A stretch of DNA of 64,000 nt from Bacillota bacterium. Lineage in GTDB: Bacteria > Sysuimicrobiota > Sysuimicrobiia > Sysuimicrobiales > Segetimicrobiaceae. The translations under genes and the position numbers were made by a program. The DNA lies in the NCBI GenBank assembly GCA_021324295.1, contig JAJPJJ010000088.1, forward strand, positions 24,902 to 88,901. The letters are read 5' to 3'. The notes under the pieces were generated by a model that had not been told where the DNA came from, ran no database searches, and worked only from the letters and a program-made list of their open reading frames with translations. Positions within the stretch are counted from its first letter, which is position 1. Every line of letters begins with the position of its first letter. This document shows positions 27,713 through 37,631 of the stretch, one piece after another.

Positions 27713-28831
27713 ATGCGCATCACGAGCATCCGCACCCGCCAGGTCGACATCCCGCTGCCTGAGCCGTTCTATCCGGCCTGGGCCCCCGGACGCGTCGAGA
27801 CCGAGATCCGCGTCGTCTACGTTCGTATCGACACCGACGCGGGCGTCTACGGGATCGCCGGGCACGAGTTTTACGGCGCGGAGGAGCAGTGCGTCGCGCG
27901 GGTCGCCCGGTACCTCGTCGGCGAGGACCCGCTGCGGCTCGAGAAGCACGCCGGCACGCTGCGTTACCTGTGGCCCTACTTCGGCACGGCGGTGTGGTTC
28001 GTCGAGATCGCCCTGTGGGACATCCTCGGCAAGGTCGCCGGCCTCCCCGTCTACAAGCTCCTCGGCAACGTGCGCGACACGATCCCCGCGTACGCGTCGA
28101 CCGGCCAGAACCGCACGCCCGGCGAGCGGGCCGACGACGCGCGGCGGCTGCAGGACGAGGGCTTCCGGGCGATCAAGCTGCGCGTCCACAACGACGCCGT
28201 CGCGGACGACGTCGCGCAGGTCGCAGCCGTCCGCAGGGCGGTGGGGGATGCGATGGCCATCATGGTCGACGCCAACCAGACCGACGTGCACGACGCCCCG
28301 TTCCCGGGCCCGCACTGGACGTACCACCGCGCGCTGGAGACGGTGCGCGCGCTCGCGGAGTATCGGGTGACGTGGCTCGAGGAGCCGCTCCCGCGTCACG
28401 ACTACGAAGGCCTGCGCCGGCTGCGGGCTACGTCCCCGATCCCGATCTCGGGGGGCGAGGTGAACCAGGGCTTCGCGGAGCTGCAGCGCCTCCTCGCCGA
28501 CGGCTGCTACGACATCCTGCAGCCCGACGTGACGCTGTGCGAGGGGTTGCTGCGGACGCGCGCGCTGGCGACGCTGGCCCACGCCGCCTCGGTGCTCGTG
28601 GTACCGCACACGTGGGGCGACCCGCTGGGCATGGTCGCGAACCTGCACCTCGCCGCGGCGATCCCCAACACCTCCTACTTCGAATTCCCGCACGACCCCC
28701 CGGCGTTTCCGAGCGCCGTCTACCAGCAGACGCTCAAGGAGCCGCTCGCCGTCGAAGACGGCATGGTCGCGCTGCCGCAGGGCCCCGGGCTCGGCGTCGA
28801 GCTCCAGGACTGGATCTTCGAGGACGCCTGA
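27713..28831 (+). CDS. Enolase-superfamily enzyme (mandelate racemase/muconate lactonizing family, probable sugar-acid dehydratase).
   Basis: N-terminal capping domain MRITSIRTRQVDIPL... Barrel motifs KLRVHND, EEPLPRHD, and GGE...D. Confidence 0.8.
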   Translation: MRITSIRTRQVDIPLPEPFYPAWAPGRVETEIRVVYVRIDTDAGVYGIAGHEFYGAEEQCVARVARYLVGEDPLRLEKHAGTLRYLWPYFGTAVWFVEIALWDILGKVAGLPVYKLLGNVRDTIPAYASTGQNRTPGERADDARRLQDEGFRAIKLRVHNDAVADDVAQVAAVRRAVGDAMAIMVDANQTDVHDAPFPGPHWTYHRALETVRALAEYRVTWLEEPLPRHDYEGLRRLRATSPIPISGGEVNQGFAELQRLLADGCYDILQPDVTLCEGLLRTRALATLAHAASVLVVPHTWGDPLGMVANLHLAAAIPNTSYFEFPHDPPAFPSAVYQQTLKEPLAVEDGMVALPQGPGLGVELQDWIFEDA

Positions 28832-29166
28832 TCCGGCTGTCGCCCGCGCTGGCCGCTCGAGATGATGCATACGGGCCGGCTCGCGGACCCGGTGGCGGCG
28901 GGCGCCTCGCTCGTGTCGCCCCAGCCGCTGTTTGTCCAGCCGGAAGACGTGGAGGCGGTGCACGGGGGCCGGTATCGCGGTGCTGACGACGCTGGAGCGC
29001 CCCGAGGATGCGGCCGTGCTGCTGGCGTGGGACGTCGATGCGCTGGAGTCCGACGACCCCGCGATGGTCGTGGCGGCGGTCCGCCGCCTGCGGCAGTGCG
29101 CCGGGGGCTCGCGGTGACGCCCGGCGCCGCCCCGCGGCCCCGTGGGGTGGGGTGGAGGAGAGCCGG

Positions 29167-29950
29167 ATGACCGCGGAGAGCCTGCGTGACCTCGCGATCG
29201 CCGCGGCGCGGGGCGGGGGCGCGGTGCTCCGCCGGTACTACGGCGCCCCCGGTCGCGTCGTCACGAAGCCCGACGGCGCAGGCCCCGTCTCCGAGGCGGA
29301 TCTGGCGAGCGAGGCCACGATCGTGGCTGTCCTGCGGTGGAGCCGGATCCCCATCCTCGCCGAGGAGAGCGGCGGCGCCGGCGACGAGTCCCCGCGCCGG
29401 TGGATCGTCGACCCGCTCGACGGCACCAGCAACTTCATCCGGCACCTGCCGTGGTTCTGCGTGGGCATCGCGCTTGCGGCCGGGGACGACGTGGAGCTGG
29501 GGGTGGTGTACGCGCCCCTCACCGACGAGCTGTTCGTGGCCGAACGGGGGCTGGGGGCGACGCTTAACGGCGTCCCCGTCCGCGTCTCGCCCACGGACGC
29601 CCTCCACGATGCCTGCCTCTTCACCGCCTGCGACGCCGCGGTGTGCGGCGCGCCGGCGCGGATCCGGCGCGTGGCACACGTGGCCTCGCGGGCCCGCGAG
29701 CTGCGGAGCCCAAACGCCGCGCTCCTCGACCTCGCGTACGTCGCAGCCGGGCGCGCCGACGGCTTCTGGGAGCAGGGACTCGCGCCGTGGGATATCGCCG
29801 CGGGGAGCCTGCTGGTCCGTGAAGCCGGCGGCGAAACATCCGACTTCAGCGGCGGGCCGCTCCGCTTCGCGCGCCGCGAGATCGTCGCCACCAACGGGAG
29901 GATTCACGACGAGCTTGTGGCGGCGCTATCCGCGGCGCCCCTAGGCCTGT
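29167..29950 (+). CDS. suhB: Inositol monophosphatase family protein (SuhB/ImpA-like). The 3-prime end is uncertain.
   Basis: Contains WIVDPLDGTSNFIRHLPWFCVGIAL. As given, the frame stays open to 30279 with an R-rich tail. Removing one C from the CCCC run at about 29943 gives ...LSAAP-TAG. Confidence 0.65.
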
Positions 29951-30830
29951 GCCCGCGCGCGGGGCAGCAGCCGCCGCAGGTGTGGCAGGGAGGTCCGGAT
30001 GCAGGCGTCAAGCACGGCCGCAGCGGACGCGCCGGCGCTCGACGGGATCACCTCCAGGACGGCGGCGCCCGCATAGCCGACGTCCCGCAGCGCTCCGGCG
30101 ACCCGGGCACGTTCAGGTGCCCCCTGCCGAGGCCCAGGCGGTTGGTATCGGCGGCGTGTCGATGCCACAGGCGGGACCCGGCGGCGCCGGTCGCATCGCC
30201 GATGGCGCGCTCTTCGGTGTTGGCGTGGAAGAGGTCGAGCGTCATGCCGACGGCGGGTGCCCCGACGTCCTCGAGATAGGCGAGCGCCGAGGACACGGTG
30301 GTCACGAGGTAGGCCTCGTATCGGTTCAGCGGCTCGATGGCGATGCGGATGCCCAGGCGCTCGGCCTCCCGCGCCGCCGTGCGCATCCCTTCGACCGACG
30401 GGCGCCATCCCATCTCCCGCGTGGCGATCGGCGAGCGCCGGGTCTCGCCCGACGGCAGCATCTGCACGAGCGGCGCCCCGACCGCCGCGGCAAACCGCAG
30501 GCACTCTTGGACAGTCCCCGCCGCACGGTCGTGTCCGCGCTGGCGAAGCGCCACGTAGTAGTACCGGATGTGCAGGTCGTGCGCGTGGCTCCGGTGCGGG
30601 TTCGCTACATCGTGCCATGGCTGGAGCCGGCCCAGGCGTGCCTGCGGGTCGGACGCCTCGGGCGGCGTCCAGCGTCCGAAGTCGTCGACGATCCCGCACC
30701 GCTCCTCGAGCCACGCCGTCACAAGCGCCACGGCGTCGGTCTGAGAGCGCGCGAGCGCCTCGTGGACGTAGAACGAAACGTTGGGATAGTCGGGCGGCTC
30801 GAACGTGGACGTGGCGGGCAGCTCAAACGC
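29941..30830 (-). CDS. Sugar phosphate isomerase/epimerase (xylose-isomerase-like TIM barrel, IolE/ribulose-phosphate epimerase-like). Apparent frameshift near 30100 and an uncertain start.
   Basis: The 30048..30992 frame contains IRIAIEPLNRYEAYL...LDLFHANTEE...RLWHRHAADTNRLGLGRGHLN. The C-terminus continues in the 29941..30714 frame as ALRDVGYAGAAVLEV..., matching the paralog at 61910. The N-terminal 55 residues of the ORF overlap grdA and are junk. Confidence 0.5.
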
Positions 30831-31290
30831 CGCTGCCCGCCCGCGTCTGCCGCAGCGCCTCCATGATCCCGGGTTTATCGAGCACGAACTCCAGCGGCCC
30901 GATCTCCTCCTCGTACACCTCGGCGGCGATCGCCGCCTTGACCTCGTCTTCGAGGATATGGTACACGGGGAGTCCCAACGGGACTCCGGCAAGTGGTCCG
31001 GCGTAGCTGGGGTCCCCCTGCGTCAGCGTCAGCGCGACCATTCGGGTGCTGCCGGCCGTGGGCGTCCCGAGCACCACCACCATGCGGTCCCGCTGGCCCG
31101 ACTCGACCAGCCGTTGGATGGCCCCCTGCTCCTCCAGATCCATTGCCCCCGCGGACGTTCAGACGAAGCACTGCGTCGTGCTGTAGACGACCTGGCCCCC
31201 GGCGCTCACGGCGCACCGTTCGAGCGCCGGTGCCGGGATCCCATCCCGCTCCCCAAGGGCCAGGACGAGCCTACCCTTGAGCTCCACCAT
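30823..31290 (-). CDS. grdA: Glycine-reductase-complex selenoprotein A (GrdA) with an in-frame UGA (Sec) at 31159-31161.
   Basis: ATG at 31290 after GGAGGA. Translation reads [55 protein letters not shown]...VVVLGTPTAGSTRMVALTLTQGDPSYAGPLAGVPLGLPVYHILE. The CxxU motif and C-terminal block are the GrdA signature. The ORF track shows only the post-UGA part, 30823..31143. Confidence 0.8.
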
Positions 31291-32791
31291 CCGGTCCTCC
31301 TCTCTCCGCGGTGCGGAGGGTATTCCGCTCCATGAGCATGCTGATGCCGTCCCCCATCGCCGTCATGCGCCCGAGGAAGAGGCTGCCCTTGGCGACGAGC
31401 TGCACGCGGCGCAGGGCGCCGTCTGTCAGGCCAGCCACGGCGTGCGGGAGATACGGGATCGCCGAGGCGATATGCCCCTGCGTGGGCGAGTAGCCGGGCA
31501 TCCCGTGCGCCTCCGCAAACGCGGGCATCTCGCTCCGGGCGATCTCGCCGGCCTGCGCGGCCAGCGCGGCGATCACCTGATAGTTGGCCGCCGGGACGTT
31601 GCCGGAGCCTGCGGGTTCCGTGATATCGGGGTTGTGCAGCTCGACCGCGTAGCGGTCGATGTCCGACAGCCGGAGGCCGAGCGCCCGGAGGGGCTCGACC
31701 GTCAACACCCTCGCCATCTGGTGCGGCGCGGTCCCGTCGCCGACCCGGTGGACGGCTGCGGCGTCCAGCCGTAGGATCGGGCTGTGGCCGTCGTCGCGCC
31801 CCACGTCGATGGCGACGCCCGCGAGCACGTCTTCCAGCACGGGGTAGCCCGCCGCCAGGTGCCCGCGGAACTTCATGCCCAGCTTGGCGAGCGAGCCGCC
31901 CGCGACGACCACGACGCGCCGGTACCGACCGCTCGCGACCAGCGCGCCGGCCATCAGCAGCCCGTGCAGCGGCGCGGCACAAAAGGCCTTGACGTCGGCG
32001 CCGCCGGCCGTCCGCACGCCCGCGAGCTCTCCGATGGCCTTGGCGAGGTTGCCCCCGCCGCGCTGGTACCGGTCGCCGACCGCCTCCTCGCCGCATCCCA
32101 GCAGGTACTCCACCGGGTCGGGGTCGTCCACCTCGTCGAGTAGCCGGCGCAGCGCGAGCGCCCCGGTTGCCTTCGCGGCGAGGTTCTCCAGCAGCACCGT
32201 CGCGCTCAAGGCCTCGTCCTGCTCGTGGCCCGCCGCGACGGCCCCGACGGGTCGTTCGTCCTCGTGGAAGAGCGGCTCGCCGCGATCCTCCAAGGTCCGC
32301 GCGATCTGCTGCGCGCTGGCCGCCGGTATCGGGCCGGCGCCCGTCGCATCCGCGAGGCGCGCGGCGAAGTCCTCGGTGAAGCGCACGAGGTTGGCGGCAT
32401 CAGCCCGCGCGAGCCACGCGTAGAACGTCATCTGATCGACGATGGCCCCGCCGGGTCCCCGGGGGCGGGCCCCCGCGATCGGGTGGCGGTGCCAGGGCCG
32501 TGCGATCTCGCGGAGCGCCTCGGGGGCGAGGCTGCCGATCATCACCTGATGCGGAGGGTACGCCACGGCCAGCGCGAACGACCGCAGGCGGCTGCGCAGC
32601 TCGGCGCGCAGGGCGGCTCCGCCCGCCGGCAGCTCGCGCCGGGGCTTCGAGCCGGCGGCGACCAGGCCTGGGACATGCGCAAGGATGAACCGGACGCCGC
32701 GGATCACGACGCGGGCCGGCCCGCGGCCGGCGGCCGGGCCTGTGCCGGTCACCGTGTACGTCTCCGCCGGCGGGAACGGGTCAGTAGTCAT
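31271..32791 (-). CDS. GrdC-like protein (glycine reductase complex component C beta-subunit family, thiolase/FabH-like fold).
   Basis: 506 aa. The Cys-containing block FCAAPLHGLLMAGALVASGRYRRVVVVAGGSLAKLG and its position immediately upstream of grdA support the call. The match is by remembered family features only. Confidence 0.6.
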   Translation of the reverse strand: MTTDPFPPAETYTVTGTGPAAGRGPARVVIRGVRFILAHVPGLVAAGSKPRRELPAGGAALRAELRSRLRSFALAVAYPPHQVMIGSLAPEALREIARPWHRHPIAGARPRGPGGAIVDQMTFYAWLARADAANLVRFTEDFAARLADATGAGPIPAASAQQIARTLEDRGEPLFHEDERPVGAVAAGHEQDEALSATVLLENLAAKATGALALRRLLDEVDDPDPVEYLLGCGEEAVGDRYQRGGGNLAKAIGELAGVRTAGGADVKAFCAAPLHGLLMAGALVASGRYRRVVVVAGGSLAKLGMKFRGHLAAGYPVLEDVLAGVAIDVGRDDGHSPILRLDAAAVHRVGDGTAPHQMARVLTVEPLRALGLRLSDIDRYAVELHNPDITEPAGSGNVPAANYQVIAALAAQAGEIARSEMPAFAEAHGMPGYSPTQGHIASAIPYLPHAVAGLTDGALRRVQLVAKGSLFLGRMTAMGDGISMLMERNTLRTAERGGPDGGAQG

Positions 32792-34118
32792 CGTAACTCT
32801 GACAGCCCAGCCCGTAGTTGTCGAAGTGTCCGAAGATCGGCGAGTACGCCCCGGACAGGGCCTCCAGGTCCAGCGGGCCCTCCGCGGGCGTCCTGATGTC
32901 CGGCCGCTCCTGATCGAGCACCACTTCGTGGCCTCCGACGACGCGTGCCATGCGCGGCAGCGCGTCGGCCGGAGCCAGCGTCCCCGTGCTCACGATCGCG
33001 TCCGCCTCCGGAACGCTGAACAGGAGCGGGGGTTCCTCCGTCCCGGTCTCGGCCAGCGCGGGCGTCATGCGCACGACCTTGATGTCGGACTCGATCGTGA
33101 GGAAGACCGTCTTGATCCCCGCTCGCTCCAGCCCCTGGATCGTCAGCATCACCTCGATGAGGTCGTTGCCGCCGTGGTTCCACGTCACCAGCGCGCCCTG
33201 CGCAGCAAGCATCTCGGCGAGCTTCACCGTCTGGTAGGCGCTCCGCTGCTTGTCATGCAACGATCCCCACCGTGTTCGGGCGACGATCGAACCGACCCAC
33301 GCGAGGTCCGCGCCGTGACGCGCGTAGAGCGCCGGGAGCACCGGGTTGTTCACGTGGAGCCACGTGCACTTGCCGGGATAGGTCACCACCGCGTCGCCCG
33401 TGATCGCGCCGTCCAGGATCTCGTTGGGGTGGAGCAGGATCGGCAGCGCGTGCGGGGTGTACCCGTAGATCCCCGTGCCGATCCCGGGCACCATCGAGGC
33501 GTTGAGCGTGTGGACGTGGACGACCCGCGGCAGCGGCCGCTCGACCGGGGCCAGGCCGAAGCGCTGCTCGGCCGGCGCCGCCTGCCCCCGCAGCGGCGCG
33601 GCCAGGTCATCGGCCACCCGGTGCCCGGCGCCGCGCAGGGCGTCGTTCCACTCGGTCAGCTCCAGGCGGGGCTCGGTCGTCAGGGTGAGCACGAGGTACC
33701 GGAGCGTGCTGTACACGGTGACCGCGCCGGGCCCGGACATGTCGATGACGCTGTCGGTGGCGGCGCTCACGGCGCGGCGCACATGAGGCAGCGCCTCGGA
33801 CGCGATGAGGACGCCGAAGCCGCCGTAGCGGAAGGTCACGCCGTCCCCCACCGTCTCCGGCGGATGGCCGCAGACGCCGGGGTACGCGTGCCCCCGGCCG
33901 GCGACCTTGACCCGCGGCTCGATGATGTCGCGCACGTGGACGATCCGGGCGCGCTCGCCGGGCTCGACGAGGTCGACCGCGACCTCACGGATCCGCGGGT
34001 CTTCGAGCACCCGCGCGCGCACCCGCGCCGGGTCGATCACCAGGCGCCCGCCGGTCCATCCCGGCGGCGTGCCGAACGCGACGGCCTCGACCGGAAACGT
34101 GCCGAGCAGCAGCTCCAT
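32781..34118 (-). CDS. GrdE-like proprotein (substrate-binding protein B alpha/beta precursor family).
   Basis: 445 aa, from ATG at 34118 (MELLLGTFPV...). It is homologous to the N-terminal half of the adjacent GrdB-like protein. Contains GFGVLIASEALPH and YPGKCTWLHVNNP, a candidate Cys self-cleavage/pyruvoyl site. The 1160-aa ORF 32781..36263 is a false fusion. Confidence 0.65.
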   Translation of the reverse strand: MELLLGTFPVEAVAFGTPPGWTGGRLVIDPARVRARVLEDPRIREVAVDLVEPGERARIVHVRDIIEPRVKVAGRGHAYPGVCGHPPETVGDGVTFRYGGFGVLIASEALPHVRRAVSAATDSVIDMSGPGAVTVYSTLRYLVLTLTTEPRLELTEWNDALRGAGHRVADDLAAPLRGQAAPAEQRFGLAPVERPLPRVVHVHTLNASMVPGIGTGIYGYTPHALPILLHPNEILDGAITGDAVVTYPGKCTWLHVNNPVLPALYARHGADLAWVGSIVARTRWGSLHDKQRSAYQTVKLAEMLAAQGALVTWNHGGNDLIEVMLTIQGLERAGIKTVFLTIESDIKVVRMTPALAETGTEEPPLLFSVPEADAIVSTGTLAPADALPRMARVVGGHEVVLDQERPDIRTPAEGPLDLEALSGAYSPIFGHFDNYGLGCQSYDDY

Positions 34119-34126
34119 CGCCGCGC

Positions 34127-35428
34127 CTACGCTCCGTCGAACAGCGTGGGGCCCTGCACGTCGGCCGCGAGCGCGCGCAGGGCCCGCTCCACGATCCGGC
34201 GCCGGAGGGCCCGGTCCGCGGCCGGCGAGAGCGAGGGGTCCCCACAGACGTGCTCGATCTTGACGCCCGGCACCACGCGGTTGGCGCCGGCCTGCATCGC
34301 CAGCGGCGGCAGCGCGCTGATCACCGTCACCGGAACGCCCAGCCGCTCGATCTCTTTGCTCATCGTTGCGCCGCAACGATTGCAGGACCCTCAGGTCGCG
34401 ACCAACAGCGCACCGTGGGCGCCCGCCGCCTGCAGCGCCTGTGCGATCTCGGCGCCGTTGCGCTTGCAGTCCGCGAGGCGCTGATCGTTCCCGGTCGTCG
34501 TGCAGTAGAAATCCAGCAGGCGCGCGAACGCGCCCTCGCGCTCCAGCTCCCGGAGGGCGTCGAGGGGCAGCACGACGTTCGGATTGGCGCACGCCGGCTG
34601 GTTGTAGAAGCCGCCGTGCACGCATTCGAACTCCTCGGGGGAGAGCGCCGCGCGTCCGCCGAGATCGTAGCGGCACCACCGGGTCTCGCTGCACCGCTTG
34701 AGGTGGTCGGGGTTGCCTCTGGGGACGATCGCCCCTGTGGTGACGACGCCGATCGTCGCCCGCCGGAGGTCCCGGACCCCAGGAGCGGGCGGCACGGACT
34801 CGTACGCGTCGACCGGCAGTTCGGTCCGGTAGGGCCGGCCGCTCAGCTTGGCGACGAGCATCGCCACGGCTCGCTCGGCTCCGGGGCGCTCGCGCATCCC
34901 CGGCCGCCGGACGCCGCGGGGGAGGTACCCCTCGCGCTCGGCCGGACCGATCGTCGCCCCGGAGGCGAGCCTGCGTCCGAGTGCGACGATGATCGGGAGC
35001 GCCCGCGCCATGTCCGCCGCCGAGTCCCCGGTGGGAACGATATACGCCTTCCTGAACATGACGACCCCCGGGTTCTCGGGGTGCATGCCTGTGACCGCGG
35101 GCACGCCCGTCTCCGCCGCCACACGGCAGACCTCGGCGCACGCGCTGCCGTACCGGCCGGCGGCGAACGCCGGCCCGGCGACGACCAGGTCGGGACCCAC
35201 GCGCCGGAGCCACGCGCGGACGGCGGCGGCGGCGTCCTCGAGGTGCTCGTTGAAGAAGTTGTCGCCGCAGACGAGCGTCGACGTCACGGCGCCAAGGTCG
35301 CCGAGGAGCGCCTGGAGCAGGCGACCGGGGCCGACCGGGCCGTCGCGCACCGAGGGAGGGACGTGTGCCCGCTCTTCCCCTCCGATCCCGGCGAAGAACT
35401 GGTTCAGGTAGTGACCCACGCGCAGCAT
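34127..35428 (-). CDS. GrdB-family selenoprotein B (glycine/sarcosine/betaine/proline reductase family) with an in-frame UGA (Sec) at 34391-34393.
   Basis: ORFs 34391..35428 and 34127..34363 are one gene read through UGA. The sequence reads ...GALLVAT-U-GSCNRCGATMSKEIERLGVPV.... Total length is about 424 aa with Sec near residue 346, as in GrdB. A hairpin ATCGTTGCG-C-CGCAACGAT lies 11 nt after the UGA (SECIS-like). N-terminal motifs are HYLNQFFAGIGGEE and VCGDNFFNE. Confidence 0.8.
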
Positions 35429-35431
35429 CCG

Positions 35432-36415
35432 TCAGGCCTCCGGGACCGGGACGGGCTGGCCCCCTCGGGCGATGCTCGTGTAGGCCGCGTCGAGCACGGC
35501 GATGCTGTGGAACGCATCGCGCGCGGTGACCGGCGGCGGGGCGTCGCCGAGGCACGCATCGATGAACGCCCGGTCCTCCTCGATGTACCCCCACAGGTCG
35601 AGCAGCCCCGCAGACGGGAGCCGCTGCCATTCGGCATGCGGCTGCTCGCGGGTCGCGTGCCGCACGCGGTCGAGGTCCTCCGAGACAAGGAGGGCATGGT
35701 CGCCGTAGAGCTCGACGCGCTCCTGCGGCGCGGCCCACGACGCGTGGCCGCAGGTGGTGAAGGCGACCAGCCGGTCCCCCCGGCAGCGCATCAGCATCAC
35801 GATGTCGTCGTAGTCGGGATAGCAGCTCGTCCGGCCGAGCGCCGCGACGGCCTCGATCGGGCCCACGAGCCACGCGATCATGTCCACGAGGTGGACGGCG
35901 GTATCGTACATGAAGCCGCCGGAGATCGCGGCGTTCGCGTACCAGCTCGGGGTCAGCATGTCCCCGTCGTTCATCTTCACGTTGGCGGAGAACGGGACGA
36001 AGCCGCGCTCGAGCTCCTGCCGGAGATACCGGTACGCGGGGGCCCAGCGCCGGTTGAACCCCATCTGGTAGACGCGCTCGCTCGCCGCCACGCGTTCCAC
36101 GATCCGCCGGGCGTCCCGGAGCGACGTCGCCATCGGCTTCTCCGAGAAGACGTGGAGGCCGCGGTCGAGCGCTTCGAGGACGACGGACGCGTGGTAGACG
36201 TTGGGTAGGGTGACGAAGACAGCCTCGATGCCGAGGCCCGCGAGCTCGGCCAGATCCCGGCACGGGCGCGCGCCCATGCTCGCGGCCGCCTCGCGGGCGA
36301 CCGTCTCGACCGCGTCCGCGACCCCCACGATGCTGGCGCGCGGGTCGGCCGCCAGGGCCTCCAGGTGGCGCCGGCCCATCGTCCCCGCGCCGATCACTCC
36401 GACCTTCACCGCCAT
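35432..36415 (-). CDS. Gfo/Idh/MocA family NAD(P)-dependent oxidoreductase (inositol 2-dehydrogenase-like).
   Basis: Start MAVKVGVIGAGTMGRRHLEAL... Rossmann fold. EKP motif (FSEKPMATS). Confidence 0.75.
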   Translation of the reverse strand: MAVKVGVIGAGTMGRRHLEALAADPRASIVGVADAVETVAREAAASMGARPCRDLAELAGLGIEAVFVTLPNVYHASVVLEALDRGLHVFSEKPMATSLRDARRIVERVAASERVYQMGFNRRWAPAYRYLRQELERGFVPFSANVKMNDGDMLTPSWYANAAISGGFMYDTAVHLVDMIAWLVGPIEAVAALGRTSCYPDYDDIVMLMRCRGDRLVAFTTCGHASWAAPQERVELYGDHALLVSEDLDRVRHATREQPHAEWQRLPSAGLLDLWGYIEEDRAFIDACLGDAPPPVTARDAFHSIAVLDAAYTSIARGGQPVPVPEA

Positions 36416-37569
36416 GGATCGATCACCACCTTCATCGAGTCGGGCGCGATCGAGCGCTCGACGGCCGCCCGCACCTCGTCCAGGCCATACCGGTGGGACA
36501 CGAACTCCCGCAGCGCCGGGTACTGGCGCATGTACCGCAGCATCTGCCGCATGCTCGGCCCGTAGCTCGCCGGCTCCTCGCCGCCCACGCCGAGGATGCG
36601 GACGCTCTTGGAGCAGAGGTGACGATGCGGGTTGATCGCGACATCGCCCAGGTCCGAGAAGTTGCCGGCTTCGACGAGCAGGCCCCCCGGGCGCAGCAGG
36701 TCGAGCGCCTCCGGGACCACCTGGGGCACGCCCGCGCACTCCACCACGGCGTCCGCCCCTCGCCCGTGGGTCAGGTCGCGAACGAACGCGAGACGGTCCG
36801 CCGCCGTCGTCTGCGTTGCGTTGAGCGCATGGTCGACGCCCAGGCGCCTGGCCATCGCGAGCCGGTACTCGGAGAGGTCGACGGCGACGATCGTCCCGGC
36901 GCCGAGCATACGCGCCTTCATGGCAAAGCACATCCCGAGCGGGCCGACGCCGAGAACCACGAGGGTGTCGTCCCACAGGAACGGCTCGCTGGGCACCGCC
37001 GACATCTGCTTGGCGCGGTCGAGGCCCACGGTGACGGCCATGACCTCCGTCAGGACCGCGAGATCCGGCGGCAGCTCATCGGGGACGCGCACCAGGAAAC
37101 TCCCCGGCACCACATAGAGGTACTCCGCCCAGCCGCCGAACAGATGCGGCGGGCGGGCGGCGCTCATGTTGTTGCCGTAGTCCACCATGCGTTCACAGAG
37201 ATAGTAGGGGAAGTCGTGCGTGCAGTAGTAGCACCGCCCGCAGACCACGTTGGCTCCAACCACCACCCGGTCGCCGATCTGGAGCGGCGTCCCCTCGAAG
37301 TCCACGTAGCGACCGTCGCCGCCGATCGCCGCCACCGTCCCCACGTTCTCGTGGCCCTGGATGATCGGAAACGGAATCGTGCGCGGGGAGCCGGTGCCGC
37401 CGTACTGCGTCGTGTAGCCGAGGTACGTGTGCTTGTCGGTCCCGCAGATCCCCGAGAGCTCTATCTTGACGAGGACGCTGCCCGGCCCGGGATCCGGCAT
37501 GGGATACTCGCGGACCTCGTACCGGCCCGGGGCCACCAGCGTCGCGGCGCGTACCGTGCGTCGCCCCAT
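36406..37569 (-). CDS. Zn-dependent alcohol dehydrogenase (MDR superfamily, sorbitol/threonine-DH-like).
   Basis: Contains GICGTDKH, GHENVG and CGRCYYC (structural-Zn Cys cluster). Rossmann motif GVGPLG. Confidence 0.75.
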   Translation of the reverse strand: MGRRTVRAATLVAPGRYEVREYPMPDPGPGSVLVKIELSGICGTDKHTYLGYTTQYGGTGSPRTIPFPIIQGHENVGTVAAIGGDGRYVDFEGTPLQIGDRVVVGANVVCGRCYYCTHDFPYYLCERMVDYGNNMSAARPPHLFGGWAEYLYVVPGSFLVRVPDELPPDLAVLTEVMAVTVGLDRAKQMSAVPSEPFLWDDTLVVLGVGPLGMCFAMKARMLGAGTIVAVDLSEYRLAMARRLGVDHALNATQTTAADRLAFVRDLTHGRGADAVVECAGVPQVVPEALDLLRPGGLLVEAGNFSDLGDVAINPHRHLCSKSVRILGVGGEEPASYGPSMRQMLRYMRQYPALREFVSHRYGLDEVRAAVERSIAPDSMKVVIDPWR

Positions 37570-37631
37570 TCCGGTCGGCTGCCCTCCTGCCGTGCCCCTA
37601 CGGCTGCTGGTGCTCCCCCCGGCGGCCTGCG

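Noticed and set aside
28862-29170. Small ORFs 28862..29170 and 28932..29117 between the dehydratase and suhB.
   Set aside because: There is no RBS and no conserved motif. The composition is typical of intergenic or off-frame sequence, and they overlap each other.
30875-31216. ORF 30875..31216 and ORF 30993..31280 overlapping grdA.
   Set aside because: They are off-frame or antisense to the GrdA frame, which carries the diagnostic CFVU...GDPSYAGPLAGV blocks.
32781-36263. Single 1160-aa minus ORF.
   Set aside because: Only its C-terminal 445 aa form the GrdE-like protein. Upstream it is the wrong frame across the GrdB-like and dehydrogenase genes.
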